Shown here one piece after another: positions 8,677 through 17,846 of a DNA stretch of 64,000 bases. Position 1 is the first letter of the stretch. Each line of letters opens with the position of its first letter. The notes beneath the pieces are model-generated. The model made no database searches, was not told the origin of the DNA, and worked only from the letters and a program-made list of their open reading frames with translations. The translations under genes were made by a program, and so were the position numbers. Origin of the DNA: a virus; the IMG/VR virus record IMGVR_UViG_3300015360_000024, positions 1 through 64,000 of that record. One strand, given 5' to 3'.

Positions 8677-9665
8677 TTCTAAAGCGTGGTGATAGTGGAG
8701 ATGCGGTAGAGCAACTTCAGCTCAAGCTCAAGGCGACTGGCTACGATCCAGGCGACGTAGACGGCGATTACGGCAGGAAGACAGAAGCTGCAGTGCTGGC
8801 GTTTCAGCTAGATCGCCCAGATGTCGATGATGACGGCAAGGCTGGGCCTCAGACAATCGGCGCGCTGAATGCTGCCATCTCAAAGATGAAACCTGCATCA
8901 GCTCTGCCACCTGCGCCGAGCGACATCGTTCACTGCGACGATGCGACCTGGAAGTTGTTCGAGTCGCTAGTCGATTTAATCGCCAAGCGTCCGGTTCGGT
9001 ACGGTCCAGGACGAGGGCTATGGGTCAAGGATAAGTGGGTGGTCACGTATGGTGCCGGCCAGCTCAACGGGACGATCAAGCAGTGGCCAAACGTCCTCGG
9101 GAAGACGTACCCAGCATTTCACTGCACGTCGTGGTGCAACTTCTTCATGAGCTGGCTGTGCCGCCGCAACCAGGACTACACGCACGCCGGCAACTGCCCT
9201 GAGATTTGGGAGCTACTACTGAGCAGCCCAGACGTTCATCAGAATCCCGGAGCAGGTCCATACCGTGGCTTCGGCGACGTGTGCTACACGGTTCCTCCGG
9301 ATGGGTCAGCCGTCAAGCGAAGCGGCGTGGCAAAGGTCATGGACGCTCGTGAGCTGTACGATCGCCGCGCTGATCTGCCGACATTTATGGTGTTCGGGCA
9401 GTCCACGAAAAAAGACGGCGGCGGTTGGAAGTGGTGGCATCACACGGGCGTGTACGTCACTAGAAACGGCAGCCTATATCGGATCGCCGCCGACGGATTC
9501 AAGGGCGACAACGGTTATTCCGCGAGTCCGATGAAGTACGTCGAGATCACTCCTAAGAACATCGGCAACTTTGGCAATGCGATCTATCGCGTCTACGGTG
9601 TGAAGACGACCGATGGCACGTACGGCGACAAGTCCCGTGCGTACGCTCCGGTGACGTTCGAGTAG
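8673..9665 (+). CDS. peptidoglycan-binding-domain protein, probable endolysin/amidase
   Basis: PG_binding_1 pattern LKRGDSGDAVEQLQLKL...DGDYGRKTEAAVLAFQ...DDDGKAGPQT; C-terminal domain with HCTSWC and HHTG. Confidence 0.75.
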   Translation: MILKRGDSGDAVEQLQLKLKATGYDPGDVDGDYGRKTEAAVLAFQLDRPDVDDDGKAGPQTIGALNAAISKMKPASALPPAPSDIVHCDDATWKLFESLVDLIAKRPVRYGPGRGLWVKDKWVVTYGAGQLNGTIKQWPNVLGKTYPAFHCTSWCNFFMSWLCRRNQDYTHAGNCPEIWELLLSSPDVHQNPGAGPYRGFGDVCYTVPPDGSAVKRSGVAKVMDARELYDRRADLPTFMVFGQSTKKDGGGWKWWHHTGVYVTRNGSLYRIAADGFKGDNGYSASPMKYVEITPKNIGNFGNAIYRVYGVKTTDGTYGDKSRAYAPVTFE

Positions 9666-9671
9666 TAAGCC

Positions 9672-9932
9672 GTGACCGTCGGCGAGCTAAAAGAAGAGTG
9701 CGAGCGCGTTCGCAAGCAAGGCCTGAAGTTCATGGTCTTGCGCATCGATCGGCACGGCGGTGCCTGGATGCAGATCATGAAGGGCCTGCTTGGGAACGTT
9801 GTCGGATCTGACAAGGATGGGTCATACGTCTCTGTGGATATCGCTAAGGTAGAGGCGAAGATCGCAGAGATTGACCCCGCAGTAGAAATCCCAAAGGTCC
9901 GTCCTCATCGCGCCAAGGTTATCCGTCCATGA
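9672..9932 (+). CDS. hypothetical protein
   Basis: 86 aa. Confidence 0.6.
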   Translation: MTVGELKEECERVRKQGLKFMVLRIDRHGGAWMQIMKGLLGNVVGSDKDGSYVSVDIAKVEAKIAEIDPAVEIPKVRPHRAKVIRP

Positions 9933-10126
9933 AGTCGATTAGCTTTTCTGACTTCGCCAACGTCCCCATCTACAAGGACCCGCATATCTCAAAAGTTGAC
10001 GAGAACGGGAACAAGGTGGTGGCGAAGTATTACCAGGCTACTGGTGCAGTGCATGTTCACCCGGACCACTGGGATGAGTTCGTCGCGAAGATGACCGAGG
10101 TCGCAAACGCTGGTGAGGGCGAGTGA
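9929..10126 (+). CDS. hypothetical protein
   Basis: 65 aa, ATGA overlap. Confidence 0.6.
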   Translation: MKSISFSDFANVPIYKDPHISKVDENGNKVVAKYYQATGAVHVHPDHWDEFVAKMTEVANAGEGE

Positions 10127-10725
10127 TGTTTGCCTGTACGACCCGCGCAAGCGTTTGCGATGGTGCCTGTCCTGACTGCCCGAAGCGGAAGAAGCGACTT
10201 CTCCGGTACGTGTTCTTGGACATCGACGGAGTGCTGAACTCCAAGCACCACCTCCAGCAGCTCGTCCCGGTTTACGCCGACAGGACCAAGCCGACCGACT
10301 ACGAGATCGGATGGAACCAACTCGTCCCTGAGCTGGTTCAACGGTTAAACGGCCTAGTGGAGCCCGACGTGGTCTTCGTGCTCAGCAGCATGTGGCGCAA
10401 GTGGTTCGCGCTCGATGTGATGCAGGAGATGCTGGCCAGCCACGGCTTCAAGGGTAGGTTGGCCGATGCAACCCCATCCAGGCTGGCCGAATGCTCCAGA
10501 GGGCACGAGATTGCCTCCTGGATCGAATCAGAGACCGGCATCGAGCTGTCGCGTGGGCAGCGCGCCTGGCCGGCGTTCGTTATCCTGGACGACAACGCCG
10601 ATATGGACCGGCTGATGGGTCGACTAGTTCAGACGGACTACGACACCGGACTTCAGGACGAGCACATCGCGCGAGCCCGTCAGATGCTCGGACTCAGCGA
10701 CGCTCAGCTTCGATTCGCACCCTGA
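10123..10725 (+). CDS. HAD-superfamily protein (RNA-repair Swiss-army-knife HAD-like)
   Basis: FLDIDGVLNS, VLSSMWR, RGHEIASW, FVILDD, VQTDYDTGL motifs. Confidence 0.8.
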   Translation: MMFACTTRASVCDGACPDCPKRKKRLLRYVFLDIDGVLNSKHHLQQLVPVYADRTKPTDYEIGWNQLVPELVQRLNGLVEPDVVFVLSSMWRKWFALDVMQEMLASHGFKGRLADATPSRLAECSRGHEIASWIESETGIELSRGQRAWPAFVILDDNADMDRLMGRLVQTDYDTGLQDEHIARARQMLGLSDAQLRFAP

Positions 10726-10963
10726 GGCGCTCGAAGTCCTTCGTGGCCTGTTCTTGCTCCTCTGGCGTCATCTGACGTGGGAGGCTGGAATCCCAGTGGC
10801 CGATGTCTACCGGAGTTCCGTCGGATGTATCAAGCATGACGACATCGGCCGGTATCTCGTCGAACCGAGGACCACGCACGGGATCTCCGAGCGCGCGACC
10901 GAGGAGAAAAACCAGCGCAGCAACTGCGGCAATGCTGAGAAAAATGAGAAGAACAACGCCCAT
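10694..10963 (-). CDS. small membrane protein
   Basis: N-terminal hydrophobic helix. Confidence 0.55.
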   Translation of the reverse strand: MGVVLLIFLSIAAVAALVFLLGRALGDPVRGPRFDEIPADVVMLDTSDGTPVDIGHWDSSLPRQMTPEEQEQATKDFERLRVRIEAERR

Positions 10964-10965
10964 GA

Positions 10966-11184
10966 TCAACCTACGTACTTCTTGATAACGGTATGCATGC
11001 CGGTCGTCAAGAAAGGGAAGGTCTGGACCTTGACGACCTTGTAGGACGATGCCCCTCCTGCCTTTCTCATCCTGGAGATGCAGGCCTTCGCGCCGCTCTC
11101 CGATCTGTGTTTGTGACCACAGCAGATGGTTGGCAGTGGTTTGCCGTCCCAGGTGCAGCCCTCAACGATGAAGTGCGACGTCAT
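10966..11184 (-). CDS. hypothetical protein
   Basis: MTSHFIVEG...CCGHKH...AKACI. Confidence 0.5.
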   Translation of the reverse strand: MTSHFIVEGCTWDGKPLPTICCGHKHRSESGAKACISRMRKAGGASSYKVVKVQTFPFLTTGMHTVIKKYVG

Positions 11185-11350
11185 GGCTGAGCTTCTGAGC
11201 AAGTAGTGGCTGCACGTGCATTTGTGGCTGTCGGCAGAGTGGGGTCTCTGGAGATCTTCCACAGTAGTCGCAAAGCAAAGACTTCTCTTTATTTTCGCGC
11301 TGAACCGACATGGGCCGGCTGATTTACGCCAGCTACAGCCAAATCGCAAT

Positions 11351-11845
11351 CTACTTCTTGTTGAGATCGCGCTTTATGGCTTCTTGCATGATCTGAATCG
11401 CGCGTGCTTGTTTGGCCTCACGCTCCTGGGCGATCTTCCTGAGGTTTTCAGGGCTCTGCCAGTGCCCCAGCTGATCGATCATTGCTTCGCGTGACATCGC
11501 GCTGAACCCGAATGGGTCGAAGTTCACTGCCCCCATCTGAGTGTTGCTGCACCGTGGACCTCGGTACTTCGATTCCAGGAACGAGTCGTGAACTGAGCGC
11601 AGACGCTTGAATCGCTCCTCCTTGGCCTTGATCTCTTCGGCGGGGAGGTGCTGGTTGTGATCTGGATGGTAGGTCGTCGCGACCGAACGAAAGCCTTTGC
11701 GGCAGATCTCTTTGGCTTCGTCCAGGAACTTAGCGCCGTCCGTGTGATTGGACGCAGACCTGACCTTGGCGAAGACCTCTTCGGTTACACCCATCTCAGC
11801 AAGGCACTCGCGTACCTCGGCCGTCATTCCTGTCGTCTTACGCAT
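11351..11845 (-). CDS. J-domain (DnaJ-like) protein
   Basis: CRKGFRSVATTYHPDHN...EERFKRLRSVHDSFL: HPD motif in J-domain helix context. Confidence 0.7.
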   Translation of the reverse strand: MRKTTGMTAEVRECLAEMGVTEEVFAKVRSASNHTDGAKFLDEAKEICRKGFRSVATTYHPDHNQHLPAEEIKAKEERFKRLRSVHDSFLESKYRGPRCSNTQMGAVNFDPFGFSAMSREAMIDQLGHWQSPENLRKIAQEREAKQARAIQIMQEAIKRDLNKK

Positions 11846-11849
11846 TCGG

Positions 11850-12083
11850 TTAGGTCTTTACGAGATGGTGGATTGATACACCACCCGCACGACCTTCGAT
11901 GAGCACAACCGGATGTCCGTCGCCAAGTTCCCAGCATTCAGAGCGGGTCTTGGTTTCGATGAATTCCTTTGAGCCTGCGACCGAGTAGTACCGGAACGGC
12001 GTACCAATCGGATGTAACTCATTGAACTTAGATGCGTTTATAGAGTCAGGGCGACGGGCCACTAGAAGAACCCCTTCGGCCAC
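11850..12083 (-). CDS. hypothetical phage protein
   Basis: FNELHPIGTPFRYY...TKTRSECW pattern; start uncertain. Confidence 0.55.
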   Translation of the reverse strand: MAEGVLLVARRPDSINASKFNELHPIGTPFRYYSVAGSKEFIETKTRSECWELGDGHPVVLIEGRAGGVSIHHLVKT

Positions 12084-12210
12084 GGAGACCGATCGACCTC
12101 GATATCGACCGCCTTGCGGAACTGCACCTCCTGTTCCGGGGTTAGCGGGCAGGCACCCTTGGCGCTACGCATCGCAAGCGCCATGCAGTCCGGCGACGGA
12201 TGCGCGCGGA

Positions 12211-12540
12211 TCAGCGCCCTGGCAAAGGCGATGAGGAACTCGACCGGAGCCGCAGCTTGACCAGCATCTCCTGTCGATCGCTGTTCATCGAGCTGCAACA
12301 CCCCGCGCCGATCGACAAGTCCTCGATCATCGCTTCTTTTTGCGAGCCCTGTGCTTTTTGAACTTCGCCGCACCAATGTCTTTCTCCGTCGAAAACCAGA
12401 CTCGGGCATGGCCCATGGATCGAGCCGTGTACCCGTAGACCGATCCAACACAACGATTTCTTGCAGCAGTAGCCACTGCCAATACAGGGCTTTGCCTGCA
12501 CGCCGTGGATGACCGCCAATTCCATGACCCATATCATCAT
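12211..12540 (-). CDS. Cys-rich hypothetical protein
   Basis: PCIGSGYCCKKSLC...PCPSL...HWCG...GAGCCS. Confidence 0.65.
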   Translation of the reverse strand: MMIWVMELAVIHGVQAKPCIGSGYCCKKSLCWIGLRVHGSIHGPCPSLVFDGERHWCGEVQKAQGSQKEAMIEDLSIGAGCCSSMNSDRQEMLVKLRLRSSSSSPLPGR

Positions 12541-12555
12541 CCATAACGGAAATTG

Positions 12556-12996
12556 TCAAGGACGACTTCCCGCCTTGAGAGAGAATGGCAAGACGAAGCC
12601 TTCTGGCATTACCCAGAGGTGGGCGATATTGGCCTGATCGACGAGTTCATTGACTGGCGGGAATACCTCAACGGCAACACGCTGAGGACCCACCAGCTCG
12701 TTCTTGATCCTCTGCATGTCGGCCCAGGAGCGAACCATGTCGCCGTCGTGGCGCTGAATCCAGAGATGGACGACAAGGCCCCAGTCGGTCGCTTCGTCTG
12801 AGATCTGAACCGAGTAGCGGTTGTTGAGGTAGCCCTCGTATCGAAAGTTACCCTCGTGGCGCTTGTAGCGGACCATCGCCTCCTCGGGTGTTACCCGCAT
12901 CTCCCATTCGTTGAAGCCCTGGCGGGACAACTTCTGCAGCTGCTTCTTCTTCCGCTTCACCATCCAAGCTGAACATCGGCTTTGGCAATTGTCCAT
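12556..12996 (-). CDS. conserved hypothetical phage protein
   Basis: HLWIQRHD...WADMQRIKNELVG...AVEVFPP...LVDQANIAHLW. Confidence 0.75.
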   Translation of the reverse strand: MDNCQSRCSAWMVKRKKKQLQKLSRQGFNEWEMRVTPEEAMVRYKRHEGNFRYEGYLNNRYSVQISDEATDWGLVVHLWIQRHDGDMVRSWADMQRIKNELVGPQRVAVEVFPPVNELVDQANIAHLWVMPEGFVLPFSLKAGSRP

Positions 12997-13008
12997 TGAT
13001 GGCGGATA

Positions 13009-13254
13009 GTGCCGGCCATGGCGCTAGAGCTGAAGTCCACGAGGAGCGAGTTCGAGCTGAAAGACGAATCCGGCTACAAGTTCAGGATCGTCGCAGAGCA
13101 GGAGTTGTATGGGCTCAGGGCCGGATCTTGGGGAGCCGAAGTTACGTTTTCGACCGAAGGGTTCAAAAACATGGAATCTGCGGTGCTACATCTGCAGTCC
13201 GCTGCCGAAGCGTTCGTTCGAATGCTCAAGGAAGCGCGTGCTGAGTCACTCTAG
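13009..13254 (+). CDS. hypothetical protein
   Basis: 81 aa. Confidence 0.55.
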   Translation: MPAMALELKSTRSEFELKDESGYKFRIVAEQELYGLRAGSWGAEVTFSTEGFKNMESAVLHLQSAAEAFVRMLKEARAESL

Positions 13255-13847
13255 GTTGATAGCTGATCAATCCAGACTTCGAGATCTGTCGTGACCGGCA
13301 GGAACCCAACCGACGTGGTTATCTTCACCCCGATGAGATCACCGGGAAAGTAACTGTCGATTCCGGCTGCCTGCGTTGCGCTTCCACCGGAACCAGAGCT
13401 ATGAACGAGTGACATCGCACAGGCGATGCCGTTTTTGGTAACGGTCACCGTCAGCGTTCCAGCTGTAATCGGTTCGGTAAGCCGCGTCGATATGCCGACG
13501 ATCGACCCGGCTCTAATCATTTTTATGGTGTCGAAGTTCGCCGACACCGTTGCGTCCAGTGGAACATCGGTTTGGCCAGCGGCTACATTTTGCTGGGCCC
13601 ACATCTCAGGCATAAAATATACCTCTGGACTTGCCGGTATTATAGTTTCGAGCGTCTTGATGACGTTCTGAACGACGATGTCCTGCAGCGGTCCAGGTCC
13701 GGTGTAAGTCGCGCCAGACGGGTCGACCTCCGACGCCGTCCAATAGACCATCAACGCAAGAGTCGTGTCGAATGCACGCATGCGATAACTGATGGCGTCC
13801 CCGCTTGATACGAGGCCCTTCGTTGATAGTCCTGCTCCGCTGCTCAT
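13251..13847 (-). CDS. probable virion-associated protein
   Basis: 198 aa, Thr/Ser/Gly-rich beta-type sequence; last gene of the paralog cassette. Confidence 0.65.
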   Translation of the reverse strand: MSSGAGLSTKGLVSSGDAISYRMRAFDTTLALMVYWTASEVDPSGATYTGPGPLQDIVVQNVIKTLETIIPASPEVYFMPEMWAQQNVAAGQTDVPLDATVSANFDTIKMIRAGSIVGISTRLTEPITAGTLTVTVTKNGIACAMSLVHSSGSGGSATQAAGIDSYFPGDLIGVKITTSVGFLPVTTDLEVWIDQLST

Positions 13848-14737
13848 TGCTGGACCACTCTATGCGTTGTGATCTTATTGGGTCCAGAATAAGCAGTGGT
13901 TACGATGAACGTGGCGAACTCGCCCTGCCCAGATCCACCGGATGTTGCAGCTGAGGTAGCGGCACCCGTGTGAAAGCAACGAATGCGTGCGGCGGTCTGG
14001 CCGTTCGACGAATTCGTGACCTGATCCATATAGAAGTTGCCCTGCATGAGCGACGACGCGATGGCGATACCCTCGCCAACCGTGCCTGTCCCAACGAATC
14101 CAGAGCGCACAGCATTGAGGATGGCATCGCGCGCCTTGGTGGCGGTTGCGATATCCCGGATCGGAACACGACGCACGACCGTGCGGAATCCGGCAATCTT
14201 AGCCCGTAGCCAAACGCTGCCTTCACCGCCGCCAGACGAGACCTCCGCGTTGGAGAACGTGTACCTGTACTCGCCGTCGCCGAAGTGAGCGAAGGTTCCA
14301 GTGCTGTTCACATACCCGGCCAGATCTCGGTTGGTTTGAACCTCCCCAACTCCTGGTGATGCCACCGCCCCGCCTCCCACAAGCCCACTGGCAGGATATC
14401 CATTGACGTCGTAGACCGTGAAGCTGATTGTCTTCTTGTCGTCGTCGGTTTCTCCTAACTGAATTGGTTCCATGTCGTCCTCTTGCTGGCTAGAGAAACC
14501 GAATATCTCGCCATCGTAAAATCCTTCAGTGTATTGCATGCGCCCGCAGGAGCTTGGGACGATCTCTGTGAACGAGGTGGAGGTCACAGGTGGAAGCGTG
14601 TTCTGAGCGGTCGGCCACACAACGGCAATGGGTGTTGAAGCGACAACAACTGGATTTATCTGCGTCTGCCACACGACGTGGAGTGGCGTGCTTGCGACGA
14701 AGATAGGAACGACTGCCATTGTGTTGAACGTCGCCAT
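13844..14737 (-). CDS. paralog B2, probable virion/tail-associated protein
   Basis: C-terminal two-thirds closely match 16963-17844 (QTNRDL.GY.N.TGTF.H..DGEYRY...GGEGS.WLR.K..GFRT...THRVVQQ). Confidence 0.8.
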   Translation of the reverse strand: MATFNTMAVVPIFVASTPLHVVWQTQINPVVVASTPIAVVWPTAQNTLPPVTSTSFTEIVPSSCGRMQYTEGFYDGEIFGFSSQQEDDMEPIQLGETDDDKKTISFTVYDVNGYPASGLVGGGAVASPGVGEVQTNRDLAGYVNSTGTFAHFGDGEYRYTFSNAEVSSGGGEGSVWLRAKIAGFRTVVRRVPIRDIATATKARDAILNAVRSGFVGTGTVGEGIAIASSLMQGNFYMDQVTNSSNGQTAARIRCFHTGAATSAATSGGSGQGEFATFIVTTAYSGPNKITTHRVVQQ

Positions 14738-14740
14738 AGT

Positions 14741-15847
14741 TCAGATCAGCAACATTGCTGCCGCCACATCCCTCCATGGACGAACCATCTCCGCTCCAAT
14801 GGTCACCATCCAGTTTGAGCGAACTGGATCTGTGTTTGGGTTGTCTCCGATATCAAAGCCTGGGTGCATGTTGGTCGCTGTCGGCACGCCAGTCTGAGCG
14901 GTATGACAAAGCCACCAATCGATCGGGCTTCCCAGGATTCCATCGAGATTGGTCGCTTTCTCGCCGCTCCAGACGATCGGATAAAGCGGAGCCGTGGTTC
15001 CTCCCTGGAGTGCAGGATAGTTGGCGTTGAAGAAAGGGTCGTTAAATGTTCGAGTACCCCCATCAGCGACATTGGCAATATTATTGAACCCTGCGCCCAC
15101 CCGAACCATTCTTGAGGCCGAATTCGTGAAAACGCGGGCGTGCGTTCCCAGATATCCAGCAGCACCGATCGCGCCGAGAGTGGTGTTAATTGAACCAGCC
15201 GGAGACGGGGTAATAATCGGCGGATTGACAACCTTGGCAAAGTTTTGATGCCGATATCCGACGTATGGAACATCGAACACGTTGACGCCGCAGTAACTAA
15301 TCACCATCTCGATGCCAATTGCTGCTTGAATGTTTCCAGAACGCGCGAGGAGGCACGACCACTGTTTCGTGTCAGTAGTTACCCAGATAGTCATAACGCG
15401 ATCAGCCGACGTCGCCGCATTAACCAGTGAATTAGCGACAGAGGTCAACACCTGGTCGGTCGCGGTAGGCTGGTGTGTTGTCGTTACTGCCAGAGTAAAA
15501 AGTCCGCCAGGAGAGTAGGTTATGCTGCCAATATCGTCCGTGGCGCCCTGAAATGCGAACATCACCTGAAGACCGTCAGCGTTCTGAAGAACTGCAAACG
15601 ATTGTGGGGTTGCGGCTGAGGCTCCACGCGTGGAGGCGTTAGCTACGTTCAGCCATCGATCGGTCGTGTCGCCAGAGCCAGATGGCCCAGTAGTTCCATT
15701 GCTCGTGAATTTGATCGTCCATCCAGCCGCCAACATCTTGGTCTTGTTCTCATAGAGGAACCACCCTGTCGAATCCGCGAGCGATGTGTACGGACGACGA
15801 AGGTTTGGAGAAACGTTCCAGGACTTGGTAAGAATTGGGGCGGGCAT
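14741..15847 (-). CDS. paralog A3, probable virion/tail-associated protein
   Basis: Shares KFTSNGTTGP...DTTDR, FAFQG..DD, YSPG.LF, QPTATD, DP.R.NW with 15857-16966 and 17847-18965. Confidence 0.8.
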   Translation of the reverse strand: MPAPILTKSWNVSPNLRRPYTSLADSTGWFLYENKTKMLAAGWTIKFTSNGTTGPSGSGDTTDRWLNVANASTRGASAATPQSFAVLQNADGLQVMFAFQGATDDIGSITYSPGGLFTLAVTTTHQPTATDQVLTSVANSLVNAATSADRVMTIWVTTDTKQWSCLLARSGNIQAAIGIEMVISYCGVNVFDVPYVGYRHQNFAKVVNPPIITPSPAGSINTTLGAIGAAGYLGTHARVFTNSASRMVRVGAGFNNIANVADGGTRTFNDPFFNANYPALQGGTTAPLYPIVWSGEKATNLDGILGSPIDWWLCHTAQTGVPTATNMHPGFDIGDNPNTDPVRSNWMVTIGAEMVRPWRDVAAAMLLI

Positions 15848-15856
15848 ACAGTTTCC

Positions 15857-16966
15857 TTAGGCCGACAGGATGGACGCGGCGACGTTCTTCCACGGCCTGA
15901 TCATGGTTGGTCCCCAGGCAATGAACCAGTTGGTGCGAGGATCGCCAATGCCTGTTTGCCCGCCGCTCACGCCAGGGACGTCGCCGGGCTCGAAGCCAGG
16001 AAAGACGTCGTTGAATGCTGGAGTAGCCGTGTTCCCGCCATAGCCAATCCACCAGTCCACTGGAGTGCCCAAAAAACCGTCTAACTGAGCTGCCTTTTCG
16101 CCGCTGGGAATCCATGGGATTAGCGCCATCGTTCCGTTCTGAAGTGCTGGAAGATTCGACAAGAACGAATCTTCTATGGCTAGGGCAACGCCTGCGTTGG
16201 CGGCGAGTTGAACCGTGCCACCTCCAACTCGTGTGATGCGGTTAACTCCGGCGGTAAACACGCGTGCAAGACCGCCGATCCACGCGGCGGCACCTGCTGC
16301 TGTTGAGGATGGGTCGTAGACTGGCCCATTGCCGCCTGTGGCATTGTTTCGATCGAACGCATTGTAACGATATGCAAGGTACGGTTTTGCAAACACGCTA
16401 ACAGGGCAGGCGCTGTTGATCTTCTCGAAACCGAGCATGGTCTGGAAGGTGCCAGCCCTAAACAGCCCGTTCGACCATGCAGTTCCGTCGTCGGCTGCCC
16501 AGATCGTCATCACACGATCCGCCGATGCTGTCGCATTGACGACCGAGTTGCCCTGACACCACACGACCTCATCGGTTGCGGTCGGCTGAAATCGTGAGTC
16601 GGTAACGTTAATTACGAACAGGCCGCCAGGGGAATAGCTCAAGCGAATCACGTCGTCAGTGGTGCCCTGGAAAGCGAATAGGAGCTGCACACCGTCCGAA
16701 CTCTGCAGCACGCTCCATGATTGGACAGCAGTAGACGTGGCCCCTCGCACGGAAGCTGCTGTCTTGTTAGTTATGCGGTCAGTTGTGTCTGCATTGCTCG
16801 CAGGCCCAGTGGTTCCGTTACTTGTAAACTTAACCGTCCAACCATGTGTCTTTAGCCAGGCATGGTTTTCGTAGATCCACCAGCCAGACATATCGACAAG
16901 GGACACGAACACGTTGCGTACGTTCGGATTGATCGACCAATCCTTTTGAAGCTGTATTTCCGTCAT
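15857..16966 (-). CDS. paralog A2, probable virion/tail-associated protein
   Basis: 369 aa, paralog of the 368-aa and 372-aa neighbours. Confidence 0.8.
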   Translation of the reverse strand: MTEIQLQKDWSINPNVRNVFVSLVDMSGWWIYENHAWLKTHGWTVKFTSNGTTGPASNADTTDRITNKTAASVRGATSTAVQSWSVLQSSDGVQLLFAFQGTTDDVIRLSYSPGGLFVINVTDSRFQPTATDEVVWCQGNSVVNATASADRVMTIWAADDGTAWSNGLFRAGTFQTMLGFEKINSACPVSVFAKPYLAYRYNAFDRNNATGGNGPVYDPSSTAAGAAAWIGGLARVFTAGVNRITRVGGGTVQLAANAGVALAIEDSFLSNLPALQNGTMALIPWIPSGEKAAQLDGFLGTPVDWWIGYGGNTATPAFNDVFPGFEPGDVPGVSGGQTGIGDPRTNWFIAWGPTMIRPWKNVAASILSA

Positions 16967-17844
16967 TGCTGAACCACCCGATGTGTAGCGATCTTACTGG
17001 GTCCCGTGTACGACGTTGTCACTATAAACGTGGCAAATTCACCTTCACTAAAACCTCCGGCTGTTGCTGATCCAGCGGCGGCTCCGGTATTAAAACACCT
17101 GATGCGCGATAGGGTTTGACCATTCGAGGTGTTGGTGACCGTGTCCATGTAGAAATTGCCTTGAAGTAGAGCGACGCCGATAGCGACGCCCTCGCCGATC
17201 GTGCCAGTTCCAGTAAATCCAGATCTCGCCGCGTTAAGAACGGCATCCCTGATTTCGTTCGCTGATGGTTCAGCGATACGCAGTGGAACGCGGAAGATAG
17301 CGGTGCGAAACCCTGGAACCTTGATTCGTAGCCAGATGCTACCTTCGCCTCCGGGCGCGGCAATCTCTCCAGCGGCCAGCGTGTAGCGGTACTCGCCGTC
17401 CGCGATGTGTGTGAACGTTCCGGTAGCGTTTATGTATCCAACGAGATCTCGGTTAGTCTGAATCTGACTAGCCGATGGTGCGCAAACGTCTCCCTCTCTG
17501 AGGATCCCGCTCGCTGGCTGTCCGGTGATCGTATAAAGGCGGAAGCTGAATGTTCGCCTGTCGACGTCTGCCTCTCCTGGCGCGACAGGAGGCATGGTCT
17601 TCTCGCGAGGCGAGGCGAACCCGAACCGCTCACCGTTCTCGAACCCATCGTCATAATCTACCGTGCGAGATTCTTGGCCAGTTAGAACGTCAACGAGGTC
17701 GCTGATCGACGGAGGTGTTGATGCTGGGAGCGCGTTTGCGATCAGCACCTCCACTCCTGATAGTACGTCGACCAGGTCAGACGTCGTTGCTATGGGCGAC
17801 GGAAGATCTTGGAACCGTACAGCCTGTCCGTCAAGAAAGGCCAT
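16963..17844 (-). CDS. paralog B1, probable virion/tail-associated protein
   Basis: 293 aa, paralog of 13844-14737. Confidence 0.8.
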   Translation of the reverse strand: MAFLDGQAVRFQDLPSPIATTSDLVDVLSGVEVLIANALPASTPPSISDLVDVLTGQESRTVDYDDGFENGERFGFASPREKTMPPVAPGEADVDRRTFSFRLYTITGQPASGILREGDVCAPSASQIQTNRDLVGYINATGTFTHIADGEYRYTLAAGEIAAPGGEGSIWLRIKVPGFRTAIFRVPLRIAEPSANEIRDAVLNAARSGFTGTGTIGEGVAIGVALLQGNFYMDTVTNTSNGQTLSRIRCFNTGAAAGSATAGGFSEGEFATFIVTTSYTGPSKIATHRVVQQ

Positions 17845-17846
17845 TA

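Noticed and set aside
12062-12250. Possible gene VEFLIAFARALIRAH... lacking an obvious start
   Set aside because: No in-frame start with an RBS; could be an indel or a shadow ORF
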